Assembly (NCBI GenBank): GCA_963812155.1
Contig: CAWETW010000001.1
Coordinates: 512,001 to 576,000, forward strand
Reading direction: 5' to 3'
Length of the DNA: 64,000 nucleotides
DNA from: Vulcanimicrobiota bacterium
GTDB taxonomy: Bacteria; Vulcanimicrobiota; Vulcanimicrobiia; Vulcanimicrobiales; Vulcanimicrobiaceae
Part shown: positions 46,742 to 59,503 of the stretch, piece after piece
Layout: every line of letters starts with the position of its first letter
Position numbering within the stretch: the stretch's first letter is position 1
Translations under genes and position numbers: made by a program
Notes under the pieces: model-generated
Seen by the model: only the letters and a program-made list of their open reading frames with translations
What the model was told of the DNA's origin: nothing
Databases searched by the model: none

Positions 46742-47685
46742 GGAACGAAGTTGTTGCCGTCGACGGCCGCATCGGGTTGGGTCAGTCCCTCCGTCGGGCC
46801 CAGGCTCGTGAGAATTGCTCCAGCCGGATACGTCATTACGTGAACCATATTCAGGGACGAATCGCTCACGTACATGCGCGTATTGGCTTTGTTGAGCGAA
46901 ACGCTTACAGGCCAAGGTCCCCCCGTGCTGATCGTCCGAGTGATGCTCGTGTAGGGCGGGGCGATAACGTCGATGTCGCCGACGCCACGATCCGGGTCCG
47001 TTGCTAAGAGATTGCCCTCCTTGTCGATGGCGATTCCATGGGGCGCCGAGCTAAAGGGGATCGGGAGCCTGGTCGAATCGCATTTCGAATTAACGAGTCC
47101 ACCCACGTACTCGACGATTTTTCCTCTACCATTGCCGAGGAAGGCGCCTACGAACACGTTGCCGTCCTTGTCGACGGCGATAGCGACGGGTTCGGCGTTG
47201 GGCATTTCGCAACTGAACGCGTTGTCGATGCCTTGCGGATATTCGTTGACGTCCACGCCGACCACGAAGACGTTTCCGTGATTGTCGGTCGTCACGGCTT
47301 TCCCCGATCCGGCACTTTCGTACCCGAAGATCAACTTTCCGGAGGAGTCGTACTCGGTGACGGGACCCAACCCGTTGGCGACGTACAGATTGTGGCTTTT
47401 GTCGACCCAAGCGTCCCGAGGCTCGAGCACCGACTCTTTGATCGCGCCGGCGTTCAACCAGCGCTGATGAACGCGCTGTAAAATCTCGATGCTGTCTTTC
47501 GAATAATCCGCGACGTAGAGAAAGGACCCGGTAGCCTGTGGCTCCGGACGCGGTACTCGAGCGGCGGCGCCGGCGGTGGTTTGAGGCAGCCCGGTGGAAC
47601 CGCTTTGCGGCCCGCCGGAGCAAGCGGTTAGGATCGCGACGGCAGCGCTAGCGGCCGCGATCGATGCAACAGTAAATCTATTCAC
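46738..47685 (-). CDS. Lipoprotein with NHL/beta-propeller repeats
   Basis: Lipobox LTAC; repeated VDKSHNLYVA / AVDKDGNVFV / AIDKEGNLL units. Confidence 0.78.
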   Translation of the reverse strand: MNRFTVASIAAASAAVAILTACSGGPQSGSTGLPQTTAGAAARVPRPEPQATGSFLYVADYSKDSIEILQRVHQRWLNAGAIKESVLEPRDAWVDKSHNLYVANGLGPVTEYDSSGKLIFGYESAGSGKAVTTDNHGNVFVVGVDVNEYPQGIDNAFSCEMPNAEPVAIAVDKDGNVFVGAFLGNGRGKIVEYVGGLVNSKCDSTRLPIPFSSAPHGIAIDKEGNLLATDPDRGVGDIDVIAPPYTSITRTISTGGPWPVSVSLNKANTRMYVSDSSLNMVHVMTYPAGAILTSLGPTEGLTQPDAAVDGNNFVP

Positions 47686-47814
47686 GTAATTCCCATCTTT
47701 TTTCAGCTCCGGAAATGGTCGTTTCGCGCTTACGTAAACGAATAACGCCTCGATTAGGTTCGTTGCGCGGCAACGCCCGCCTTGCTAGCTCGCTTCTCTT
47801 GCTCCCCGGCTCGG

Positions 47815-48198
47815 TTATTGCGGAGCAGCCTTGGCGCCGGAGGCGCGGTAGCCTTCGGCCTTCGCTTGCGACGGACACAAATACATGCCGTGCTTGGTCT
47901 TGCCGTAATATGGATCGCCGGGTTCGTGATACACCTTCGATGAAACGTTGGCCCACACGGCTTTGACCGCACCGCAGTTCGGTATCTTTGCAGACGACAT
48001 TCCACCCATCGACTCCATCGATCCGGATGCGCTCTGCATGGAGTTCGATGCACCGCTCTGCGTCGAGCCCGATGCACCGCTCTGCATCGAGTTGGACGAG
48101 CCGCTGCCGGCGTTGTTGTTCGATTTAGCGCCGGTGCATGCAGCCGCACCGAAAAGCAACCACACCAGCGACGCGGTGAGCGCAAACGTTCTCTTCAT
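47815..48198 (-). CDS. Small lipoprotein with Ser/Met-rich linker and VW-N-S-VYH...YGKTK-G domain
   Basis: Lipobox AAAC, GGAGG RBS, 24-bp repeat-encoded linker. Confidence 0.8.
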   Translation of the reverse strand: MKRTFALTASLVWLLFGAAACTGAKSNNNAGSGSSNSMQSGASGSTQSGASNSMQSASGSMESMGGMSSAKIPNCGAVKAVWANVSSKVYHEPGDPYYGKTKHGMYLCPSQAKAEGYRASGAKAAPQ

Positions 48199-48224
48199 AT
48201 ATCGCCTCCAAAAACGTTAAGAGT

Positions 48225-49514
48225 TCAAAGCCAGCGGTTCGCGACGGCGGCGGTCTCCTCCCACGCCTTGCGCGCGAGCTGCGAAGCATCGCCGGTGTAG
48301 ACGCGCCGGCCGGCGACGAAGGTCGCCTGAACCCACGCATCTTCGCCGCGATACACCAGCGCGTTGAGCGGCGGAGACCACGGATCCACGCGCTTGCCGT
48401 CGAGCACCACGTAGTCGGCAGCGCATCCGGGTGCCAAATCGCCGGCGACGATGCCGAGCGCTTTCGCCCCCATCGACGTGCCGAGATCGTACGCAATCGG
48501 CGCGCCGAGCGCGCTTCCGTCGCTGCGCGCAATTTTCTGCAAGAGCGATGCCTGGCGCATCTCGTCGATCAGCGACGGCTTCACATCGGCATCGGTACCC
48601 AGGCCGATCGTTACGCCGCGCGCCAGCAAACCCTCGACGTCGCAGATCCCGTCGCCAAGGTATTGGTTCGTCATCGGGTTGTGAACCACGCGTGCGCCCC
48701 CCTTAGCGATCGCGTCCTTCTCTTCTTCGGTGATGTGAATGGCATGAATCGCGACCGTATGTTCGTTGAGGGCGTTGAGTTTTTCGAGCAATGCGATCGG
48801 CGTGGCGCCGAATTGCGCGAGCGTTCGTTCGCCTTCGTACGCGGCCTCGGCGACGTGCACGTGCATGGCACAATCGAATTCACGCGCAAAATCGGCGGCC
48901 GCCCGGATCATGTCGGGCGAAGCGGCGTGCAGCGAGTGCGGTGCAACGCAGACGTTCGCCGCGGGGAAGGCCTCCATCAATGCCCGCGTACGCTCGGCCG
49001 CCACGTCGATCGATTCCCGAAACTCCGGCGGTGCGGTCTGCACATCCATCCACGTGCGGGCAAAGACAAGCCGGATGCCGGTGTCGGCCGCGGCGCGGAT
49101 CGCCGCTTCGGCGTGCGCGTTGCCGGCGCCGTTGAGATAGAAAAACTCGGCGACGGTCGTGATGCCGGCTGCCAGCATTTCGGAGAACGCCGCGACGAAA
49201 ACCCAGTAGACGTCGGCCGGCGTGAGCTGCGGCACGACGCGATAGAGTGCGTCGCTGCGCCAGCGGGCGAAGGTCCAGTCGTCGGCCCAGCCGCGCAACA
49301 GAATCTGGTACGCGTGGCTATGGCCGTTGATGAAGCCCGGCACGACGAGGCGGTCGTCGGGAAACGATCGTGAGGGCAAATCGTTTGCCGCGTCGCGGAT
49401 TGCACGAAAATCGCCGCTTTCCACAATGACACCGTTGCGCACGATAAAACCGAAATCGCGGCGCAGTTCGCCGCCGACAAGTGCGCGCGCGCATTGCACG
49501 AGCTCGTTCGTCAT
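48225..49514 (-). CDS. Amidohydrolase, formimidoylglutamate deiminase (HutF)-like
   Basis: HSHAYQ, MLAAGITTVAEFFYL, APHSLHA, HVHVAE, GTD; follows hutI. Confidence 0.75.
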   Translation of the reverse strand: MTNELVQCARALVGGELRRDFGFIVRNGVIVESGDFRAIRDAANDLPSRSFPDDRLVVPGFINGHSHAYQILLRGWADDWTFARWRSDALYRVVPQLTPADVYWVFVAAFSEMLAAGITTVAEFFYLNGAGNAHAEAAIRAAADTGIRLVFARTWMDVQTAPPEFRESIDVAAERTRALMEAFPAANVCVAPHSLHAASPDMIRAAADFAREFDCAMHVHVAEAAYEGERTLAQFGATPIALLEKLNALNEHTVAIHAIHITEEEKDAIAKGGARVVHNPMTNQYLGDGICDVEGLLARGVTIGLGTDADVKPSLIDEMRQASLLQKIARSDGSALGAPIAYDLGTSMGAKALGIVAGDLAPGCAADYVVLDGKRVDPWSPPLNALVYRGEDAWVQATFVAGRRVYTGDASQLARKAWEETAAVANRWL

Positions 49515-49522
49515 TCTGCCGC

Positions 49523-49656
49523 TCCTTCGACGTCGCTCCCCTTCGACTCGCTACGCTCGCTCAGGATCGCTTCGCTCAGGATGACACCAGGGTGCGGTGC
49601 TTCGCTCAGGGTGACACCAGGCGCGGTGCTGCGTTTAGAATGACACCAGGCGGCGT
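49523..49656 (-). repeat. REP-like element, copy 4 (nested) plus three ~29-30 bp tandem units
   Basis: Nested element 49523-49586; units GCTTCGCTCAGG(A/G)TGACACCAGG.. start at 49569, 49599 and 49628 (third degenerate). Confidence 0.8.
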
Positions 49657-50860
49657 GACGACGAGGCCGTTTTTGACGACGCATTGGGCGAGGTTGCCGC
49701 CGAATTGCCAGCCGAACTCCTCCGGCGATTCAATCTGCAGTGCAACGAAATCGGCCGGACCGCCGGCGCGAATGCTGCCGGCGTCGCTGCGCAGCGAACG
49801 CGCCGCAGCACGCGTTACGCCGTAGAGCGCTTCGGCGGCGGAGACGCCGAAGAGTTTTCGCGCAAAATACGCCACCGTTTGTAAATTGAAGCACGGTGAC
49901 GTCCCGGGATTGTAATCGCTCGCGAACGCGACCTCGCCGCCGGCCTCCAGCAGCGCGCGAACCGGCGCGCTGCGCGGCAAATCGAGATAGGCGATCGTCG
50001 CCGGGCATGCGACCGTGACGATGCCGCGCTCGGCGATCGCGCGAACGTCGGCGTCGGTGATGAAGTTGCAGTGGTCCACCGCATCCACGCCGGCTTGCGC
50101 GGCCATCGCGGCGGCGCCGCCGTATGCCATTTCGTCGCAATGCACCCGCAGCCGCATGCCGTGCAGGTGCGCCGCGTCGAGATAGCGTCGCGTCTGCTCC
50201 GGCGAAAAGAATCCCGGCTCGCAAAATGCATCGGCGTAGACCGCGCCGTGCGCCGCCGCCGCCGGAACGACTTGATCGATGAGATAGTCGACGAAGCGCT
50301 CCTCCCTTGTAAACTCGGGCGGTAACGCGTGCGCGCCGAGAAACGTGGCGACGAGGCGCGGGACGCCGGCATCGTCGCGATGCGCGGCGATGAGATCGAG
50401 CAGTGCCGATTCGCCGGGCTTGTGCAGCGCATAGCCGGTCTTCGTTTCGAGGGTCGTCGTGCCGTGCGCCAAGATCGTGCGCAGGCGCGGCCCGACGATG
50501 CGCTCGTAGAACGATGTTGGATCGAGCAGCGCGTTGCGCGTGCGTTCGATCGTGTACGCCATGCCGAGCGATGGCTTTTCGCCGCGAACGCGCGCCGCAA
50601 AATCCGGCTCCCGGTCGCCGGCGAAGAGCGGATGGGCGTGCGCGTCGACAAAACCGGGCACGACGACGGCGTCGCCCAGATCGAGTTCGCGAGCCTCGGC
50701 GCCACCGGCGCGTGCTTCTACTTCGCCGCGGGCCCGACCGCCACCACGCGCTCGTCTTTGCAGAGAATCGCGCCGTCGCGGATGCAGCCCAGGCGTTCGA
50801 AGTCAAGGCCGCACTGCGGGGCGTCGCCATCGCACGTCACGATCGTCCGCGCACGAACGA

Positions 50861-50873
<13 letters not shown>
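49606..50873 (-). CDS. hutI: Imidazolonepropionase (frameshift ~50720)
   Basis: [44 protein letters not shown]. Confidence 0.9.
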
Positions 50874-52513
<1,640 letters not shown>

Positions 52514-52564
52514 ACGCGCGACTTCAATCGAGGGGCAGCCAAAGCCTGGAGCGAACGTGCGTGC

Positions 52565-55500
52565 ATGCTGGGAAATCGCGCGCGCATCGTCGCGTTAGCG
52601 GCCTTTGCCGCATCGACGATTTTAACGTTTTCATCCGTTCTCGCCGGTACGACCGGCACCGTCACCGGCACGGTCGTTACCGATGCCGGCGCGCCGATCG
52701 CCGGCGCAAAAGTGGTCGCCACGAGTCCTTCGCAAACGGCGACCGTCTCGACCGATGCCTCGGGCCGCTTCGCTTTGCTCTCCTTGGCGCCCGACACGTA
52801 CACGATGGTCGTCTCGAAACAAGGCTTTGAAACCTCGACCTCAACCGGAATCACGGTTTTCGCGGATCAATCGCAGAGCGTGCACTTTCGCCTCGGTCCG
52901 GCGCTGAAAACCATCGCCACCGTAACGACCCGATCCTCGATGGACGTCGTGAAGCCGGGCACGACCAGCGACGTGTACTCGGTGAACGCGACGGTGACGC
53001 AAGCGGTGGCCGGCGTCGGCGGAGGCGGCAACTTGAACAACGCCTATTCGGCGATCGCGACGATTCCCGGCGCCTTCGTTCCCCCCAATCAGCAAGGCTG
53101 GGATCAGGTCGTCTACATTCGCGGCGGCAACTTCGATCAAATCGGTTACGAGTTCGACGGCGTGCCGGTCAACCGTTCGTTCGACAACTATCCGGGCGGC
53201 ACGGCGGGCACGCTCGGCCAGCAAGAACTGCAACTCTACGCCGGCGGCGGCACGGTCGGGCAAAGCGCGAGCGGACTCGCGGGATTCATCAACCAAGTCA
53301 TCAAGACCGGCACGTTCCCCGGCTACGCGACCGTCAGCGCCGGCGTGGGAACGCCGGCGTATTACCACAACCTGCAGTTCGAAGTCGGCGGCGCGACGCC
53401 GGACCGCCTGTTCTCTTACTATATCGGCGCGGGCGGTTACAATCAGGACTTCCGTTATCTCGATCAGTTCAACGGCTCGAACCTCGGCGACGTTTGGGGC
53501 TACCCAATCATCGCCTACAACACGACGAATTTGTTCTTCGGCGGCGTCTATCCGGAGTGCGGCTTTACGCCGCCCGCGGGGTCGAACTACTACCACGGTC
53601 CAAACGCGTCGCCGGTCTACGATCCGATGACGAAGCCGCCGCCGGGCGTCGCAAACAACCCGGGCTGCTATCAAACGCTTTCGCCGGCGTACGCGAGCTA
53701 CTCGAACCTCCTCGATCGCGAAGTCGTCGCCAACTTCCACTTCGGCATTCCGCACCGGCACGATGCGGGCAAAGACGACGTGCAGTTGCTCTACAACAAC
53801 ATCGCGCTGCAGAGTCAATACTACAGTTCGCTCAACGATATCGGGCCGAACGTCATCACGCAACTCAACCAGGTCTTTACCGGCAAGACGGTCCCGCTGT
53901 TTTGGTCCGACTACATCACGTGGCCGGGCGGAACGTCGTTCGGTGAGAATCCGGCCAACGTTAAACCCGTGCCGTACTTTATGCCCAGTTCGCCGACGAA
54001 CCGCTGCGCAAACATCGACCCCTACAAACTCAGCGGCCCACCGGTTATCCCTGGCGCGTGCCCGGGTGGAACGTGGTCGACGATACCCTCCGACTCGCGC
54101 GACTCGTTTTGGAACAATGCGTCGATCGAGAAGATTCAGTACCAGAAGAACATCGGATCGAATGCGTACTTTCGCATCTACGGCTATTCGTTCTACTCCG
54201 ACTGGCTGCAGACGAGCCCACTCAGTTTCGGAAGCGGAGATCTCATCGGATTCGGCGTCACGAGCTACGACTACGAGCTGAACTCGCACACGCGCGGCCT
54301 GGCGTTCAGCTTCGCCGACCAGATCAACTCCAGCAACCTGCTGACCTTCGACACGAACTACACGACGGCGACGACCAACCGCTACAACAATACGAACTTC
54401 AACAACGGGCTTCAATCGATCGCGACCAACCTCACGAACGGGGGACAGTGTTTCGCTTGGCGCACCGGCCGGGTTTACCCCGGAGGGCAAATCTATCAGG
54501 CCGGGCAGCCGGCGCCGTGCAACAGCTCGCTGACGAGCGGCACCTTCATCCATCCAGAGCCGGCACCGGCGTTGCCGGGAGCCAACTGGGAGATCACCTA
54601 CACGGGCAACTCAGGTTTCATCAATAACGTTACTCCCGATTTCACGACGTTCGCGCTGGAAGACCGCTGGAACCCCACCGACAAGCTCGACGTCGATCTC
54701 GGCTTGCGCGAAGAGATTTACGACTACAAACTCGCCAATACGTCAAACAACGGCCAGAATTTCTGGTTCCTTGCCGGCCAGCGCGAGTTTTGCTACAACC
54801 CGGCGACGCTGTCACCGTATTTCATCCCGGCCAAGCCGGCAAGCGGACTGCCGCCCACGCCGTTCGTTGGATTCGACTGCCCCGTCGATAACTCAATTCC
54901 GGCACATCCCGTGCAGACGGTGCATCCCGACGGGAAGAACGGCGACCTGCTGCTCAGCAACAACTACAGCCCGTCGCTCACCGACTTCGCATTCACGCCG
55001 CAGTTAGGCGTGACGTACACGATTAATCCCGATACCGTGCTGCGCTTCTCGGCCGGGCGTTTCGCGCAAGAGCCCGAGACCTACCAAGTGCAGTACAACT
55101 CCAAGGACAACAATCTCGCCTACGAACTGTTTCAGGCCTTTTGGCAGTACGGCTATACGACGCCGAAGCACGACCCGCTCGTGCAGTACTCCGACAACTA
55201 CGACGCCTCGTACGAGCGGCGCTTCAAAGGCACCGACATGTCCATCAAAGTGACGCCGTACTACCGCTACGCGACCAACCAAGTGTATTCGATCGGATTG
55301 CCGTTTGGATTGTCGGGCGGCTTGAATAGCGGCATCGAGCGCGTCAGCGGCGTGGAGCTGCAGTTCACCAAGGGCGACTTCGACCGCGACGGCCTGTCGT
55401 TCATTCTATCGTACACGTACACGAACGCTTCGGAAAAATGGGCGAATTTTCCGGGAACGAGTATCAATCCGATCGATCCCTACAATCAGGACATCGCGAA

Positions 55501-56332
55501 CTTCAATGGCTTGACGAAAGCCGGCGGCGGATCGAAATGCTACGAGAACGACTCGGTCGGCAACGTCTATCCCGATCCGCGCTGCGTGCGGCTCAAACCG
55601 GGGTACAATCCGCCGATCCTCAACCCGTACTACGGCATGTCACCGCAACCGCTGCTCGACCGCAACGGCTGGTATCCGGTCGGCCTCGACTTCGGATACT
55701 TATCGCCCAACGTCGCAAGTCTCGTCGTCAACTACAAACGCGCAAAGTTTACGATCACGCCCGCGCTGACGTTCAACGAAGGGCAGCCGTATGGGAACCC
55801 CGCCGACGTGTACGGCTACGATCCGCGCGTCTGCACGGGTAACTCCTCGAAGATTCCCAGCGCCAAGAACCCACTCCAGGCCGACTACACGACCTGCTTT
55901 TCGGCCGCCACGCAAAACGGCACGTCGCCGGGCTCGCTCTACATTCCCAACCAGCAGACCGGCTCGTTCGACGGGTTTGGTTCCTACCGGCAACCGTCGC
56001 AACTCAATCTCAGCATGACGGTCGGCTATCAACTGACGCCGGCGATCAAGGTCAATCTGCTGGCGGCCAATCTCGTCAACGCCTGCTTCGGCGGATCGGT
56101 CGAGCCGTGGACGAAGCAGTACCCGCCCAACGGTTACACCTGCGGCTACATTCCGAACTTCTACTACGTGTCGAACTTCTACAACGGCTCGTCGCCGAAC
56201 GATCGTTCCGCCAACGGCGTCAAACTGAACCCCGCGTTCTCGCAGTCGTTCATTCCCGCCTACGCCGATACGAACTCGTTCGTACTGCCGAATCCGTTCA
56301 ACCTGTACCTATCGATCAACATCAAGATTTAA
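52565..56332 (+). CDS. TonB-dependent-receptor-like outer membrane protein
   Basis: Signal peptide, carboxypeptidase-regulatory-like N domain, plug (YIRGG, FDGVPVN, GFINQV), beta strands, C-terminal LYLSINIKI; likely start ATG 52565. Confidence 0.85.
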   Translation: MLGNRARIVALAAFAASTILTFSSVLAGTTGTVTGTVVTDAGAPIAGAKVVATSPSQTATVSTDASGRFALLSLAPDTYTMVVSKQGFETSTSTGITVFADQSQSVHFRLGPALKTIATVTTRSSMDVVKPGTTSDVYSVNATVTQAVAGVGGGGNLNNAYSAIATIPGAFVPPNQQGWDQVVYIRGGNFDQIGYEFDGVPVNRSFDNYPGGTAGTLGQQELQLYAGGGTVGQSASGLAGFINQVIKTGTFPGYATVSAGVGTPAYYHNLQFEVGGATPDRLFSYYIGAGGYNQDFRYLDQFNGSNLGDVWGYPIIAYNTTNLFFGGVYPECGFTPPAGSNYYHGPNASPVYDPMTKPPPGVANNPGCYQTLSPAYASYSNLLDREVVANFHFGIPHRHDAGKDDVQLLYNNIALQSQYYSSLNDIGPNVITQLNQVFTGKTVPLFWSDYITWPGGTSFGENPANVKPVPYFMPSSPTNRCANIDPYKLSGPPVIPGACPGGTWSTIPSDSRDSFWNNASIEKIQYQKNIGSNAYFRIYGYSFYSDWLQTSPLSFGSGDLIGFGVTSYDYELNSHTRGLAFSFADQINSSNLLTFDTNYTTATTNRYNNTNFNNGLQSIATNLTNGGQCFAWRTGRVYPGGQIYQAGQPAPCNSSLTSGTFIHPEPAPALPGANWEITYTGNSGFINNVTPDFTTFALEDRWNPTDKLDVDLGLREEIYDYKLANTSNNGQNFWFLAGQREFCYNPATLSPYFIPAKPASGLPPTPFVGFDCPVDNSIPAHPVQTVHPDGKNGDLLLSNNYSPSLTDFAFTPQLGVTYTINPDTVLRFSAGRFAQEPETYQVQYNSKDNNLAYELFQAFWQYGYTTPKHDPLVQYSDNYDASYERRFKGTDMSIKVTPYYRYATNQVYSIGLPFGLSGGLNSGIERVSGVELQFTKGDFDRDGLSFILSYTYTNASEKWANFPGTSINPIDPYNQDIANFNGLTKAGGGSKCYENDSVGNVYPDPRCVRLKPGYNPPILNPYYGMSPQPLLDRNGWYPVGLDFGYLSPNVASLVVNYKRAKFTITPALTFNEGQPYGNPADVYGYDPRVCTGNSSKIPSAKNPLQADYTTCFSAATQNGTSPGSLYIPNQQTGSFDGFGSYRQPSQLNLSMTVGYQLTPAIKVNLLAANLVNACFGGSVEPWTKQYPPNGYTCGYIPNFYYVSNFYNGSSPNDRSANGVKLNPAFSQSFIPAYADTNSFVLPNPFNLYLSINIKI

Positions 56333-56344
56333 GTCGAACTGCAG

Positions 56345-58384
56345 CTACTCGTCGGCGTTTTTGTAGCCGCAGGTCTTTGAGTCCCAATCCTGGGCTTCTT
56401 TTTGCGAGATTCGGTTTTGAACGACGAATGCGGCTTGCTGGTGATACTTTGCGCCTTCGGCCTTGTGCCCGGAAGCATCGAGCAGTTGCGCGAGCGACGA
56501 TTGAATCATTGCGTCGTCGGGATGCAGTTTTGCGGCGGATTGAAGATCCGCAAGGGATTGCTTCGGGTCATCTTTTCGCTCTAGAATCGAGCGCCCGAAA
56601 AAGGCGTACACCGCTCCAGGATTCTTTTTGATCGAGTGGTCGTACGCGTTTTAGCCCGGGCCAGATCGATGCCGTGCTCGCGGGCGTCGCCGCCGTCGAA
56701 ATTGGTCGCAAGCTCGTTGGCGGCGTTGGCCTGGTAGAGATAATCCTGATCCGTGTATGCCCGCGGCATATTCCGCGCGCCGCAGAAACGTTTCCGCATC
56801 GGCGCGGCTGGAGCGGTGTTTCGAGTTCGTACGAAATCCCGAGGGCGTAGTTCGCCTGCACGTCGTCGGGAGCGTGTTTGAGCGCTTCTTGTAAGTCGGC
56901 AATTGCGTCCGGATACTCTTTGGCGCCTTTGAGCCAGAGCCCGTACCGGACGAGCGCCTCGACGCCGGCATCTTTGACGGGCCGCCGGTCGACCGGCCAA
57001 TCGGGATAGAGCACCTGTTTCAAGCTGCTAATGCCGCAGTTGGTATTTCCGGTAGCGCCGCGCTGATAGATCGCAAAGCTCAGCACCAAATCGTCGAACG
57101 GCCCTTGATAGTGCTGGCGACGAAGTTTCATCGCGCGCTGTAAGTCGATCCACGCTTGATCGGGCTTCACGTAGTCGCGTTCGTATTGCGAGCGCGTCGC
57201 CCACGCCGCCACCGACGTCGGATCGGTATTCACGGCAAGGTCGAAGGCTTTGAACGCGTCGGTTGGATCGCCGACGCTCATGTACAATTGGCCCAGATTG
57301 ATATAGCCGGCCGGCGTGCCGAGTTTGGGCGCCGCATAGGCGTACTCGCCGATCGCCGGTTTCAAATTGCCGAGGCGTGCGTCGAGCGTTGCCAAGTAAA
57401 AGGCCAGCACGGCCGGACAATACGAGGTCTGCTCGATGTTTTGGGTCTCGGCTTTTTTCGATGGATCCACCGAGCAAGGCTGCGGCTTTTCAACTTCGCT
57501 GCGCCTTGCTTCGCCTGCCGCCTCCGTTGCCGTTTCGTAATCGTTTCGTCCGATCGCGCGCAGGCCGGCAATCGCCGACGCAACGCGACGCGCATCGTCT
57601 AAGAAGCGCGGAGCGAAACCTGCGTCGCGCAGATCGCTTCCGCAGAGTTCTTGAATATTCGCGACGCTGCCGGTGAACGTCCAACCGTAGAGCGGCGCGC
57701 TCGTAAAACCCAGCGGGATCGAGGGGATGCGCGTCACTTCCGGATTGATGACGAGCTCGTCGGAATGGCCGCTGGAGGCGCTTGCCCGGCTCTCGTAAGG
57801 AATGTATTCGCCGTACACCGTCATGTCGGCGGCCTCGAACGACCCGTGAAACGCGGCCCAGCTCGTTGCCCAGCGGTTGTCGGGATCGATGCTGTAGGGA
57901 AGCTCGAAGGCACGCACGCCGCCGAGCCGCGCACCGACTTTCGTGAGCGTATGCACCAGCATGTCGCTCGGGCGGCAATCCTTGTACGGATCGGGCAACG
58001 GCGAGCCCGTAAACTCGGCCACCGCGATCGTCGTCGTATCGCCTTCGGTTATCCGAGGCAGATACGAATACGCGAACAGTCCCGCGAGCGAACATACTGG
58101 AATCGCGATCAGCAGCAGAATCATTCCGATCCGAATTGCCATCGCGGCTCGCGGATTCGTGATGGGAACGCGATGCGAAACGACGTAGAGCGCCACGATG
58201 AGGATCGCTAAGACGAGCGTAACGCCCGCGAGCCGCCACTGGTTCTCTACGATGCCCCACAGAGCTGCGCGGCGACCGTCAGAATGGCCGCTATCGCGAC
58301 GAGATATTGCTTCCAGCGATCGGCGGTTTCGAGAAAGCCTTGCGGCGGCGGCGCTTGGTCTTGAGGATTCGGTCCGTCGTTCAT
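56345..58384 (-). CDS. Membrane-anchored TPR-repeat protein (frameshifts ~58267, ~56810, ~56650)
   Basis: ATG 58384 overlaps the upstream stop; three hydrophobic segments; TPR units (YINLGQLY, AFDLAVNTDP, ALKHAPDD-ANYALG, AAKLHPDD). Confidence 0.75.
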
Positions 58385-59370
58385 GCGAAAAGGAAGCCCA
58401 TCACGAGCTGATAGATTTCGTCGAAGTTGACGTCGGAATGCGACCCGGCAAACCCGCCGTCGTAGTCGCCGGCGTCGACGCGTTGCTGATGCGCTTGCGT
58501 CAAGTCGGCCACGATCAGTCGCGTCGCCGGCGCTGCGGCCTGCGTCGCGGTAAAGCCGAGCGCGACCGCGAGCGCGGTCGAGCCTCCGAACGCGGCCTGC
58601 GTTGCCGGAGTCGGGCCGGCGGCGCCCAGCGCCGGCGTCGGGTCGCCCTTATGAAAGAGATTCGAGAGTCTGCCGGCTGCCGGGTACCAGACGTTGAGCG
58701 CTTTGTCGAGTTGCGAGGTCGTTATCAGCATGCGCAAATCGCGCATGGCAGCAATATTTCCGTAGATATCGCCGGGTTCGAGATGATCGTCGTCGGTTGC
58801 CGGCTCGAGCAACACGACGCGATATTGAACGTGCGGCGGCGACGGGAAGACGTTCGACGCGATATCGGCCTGCACGTCGTCGAGCGCCGAACAAATCACC
58901 TTCGAGCCGAAGCTATGCCCTAACAGGAACAGTCGCAGCGGCAACGGCGAACCAGCGCGATTTGAGAGAATGAGGCGCAGCATCGCGTACAGCGCATTTT
59001 TTCCGACGCTGTCCGCACGATGTTCCATCGTGTAGAACGTAAAGAGTTGCAGCGCGTTGAGATTGCTGCCCGGGTCTTCGGTGATTTCCGACGGCCAATG
59101 AATGCCGATACCGAGCGAGTTACGCGGCGGATTGGTAAGCGGCGAAGGCTTCGCCGCGCCTGCCAACAGGATTTGTTTGGAGAGGTCGATGGAAAACCGG
59201 TTGTATTCGTCGAGCGCTAGATATGCGTCGGTCGACCAGCCGTGCGAATAGACGTAGACGTCCTCGAACCCAAACGGCTGGTCCGCAATCGCTTCGGCGA
59301 CCACCACGTTCATCATGGGGTCGAAGATTATTCCGTTTTCGTTAATCGGAACGGTAATGGTATGCGACAT
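58381..59370 (-). CDS. Cytoplasmic alpha/beta hydrolase
   Basis: SHGW oxyanion motif, GIHWPS, GHSFG nucleophile elbow, C-terminal HSD. Confidence 0.82.
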   Translation of the reverse strand: MSHTITVPINENGIIFDPMMNVVVAEAIADQPFGFEDVYVYSHGWSTDAYLALDEYNRFSIDLSKQILLAGAAKPSPLTNPPRNSLGIGIHWPSEITEDPGSNLNALQLFTFYTMEHRADSVGKNALYAMLRLILSNRAGSPLPLRLFLLGHSFGSKVICSALDDVQADIASNVFPSPPHVQYRVVLLEPATDDDHLEPGDIYGNIAAMRDLRMLITTSQLDKALNVWYPAAGRLSNLFHKGDPTPALGAAGPTPATQAAFGGSTALAVALGFTATQAAAPATRLIVADLTQAHQQRVDAGDYDGGFAGSHSDVNFDEIYQLVMGFLFA

Positions 59371-59446
59371 TCGACACCTTCTTCAAAGAAGTCGCAGACG
59401 GCGCTTAAATTGCAGAATACCAGCATACCGCAACCAGCGTCAAGCG

Positions 59447-59455
59447 TGGTATAAT
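59447..59455 (+). promoter_or_regulatory. Extended -10 promoter for the amidase gene
   Basis: TGGTATAAT ~50 bp upstream of ATG 59504, which has a GGAGGAGG RBS. Confidence 0.6.
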
Positions 59456-59503
59456 CGGGGCGTCTGCTCGCTGCTTCGGGTGGCGGCAGGGAGGAGGATT
59501 TCG

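Noticed and set aside
49569..49656. Possible mini-CRISPR array
   Set aside because: Units are directly tandem with no unique spacers, derive from the REP end, and no cas genes are present
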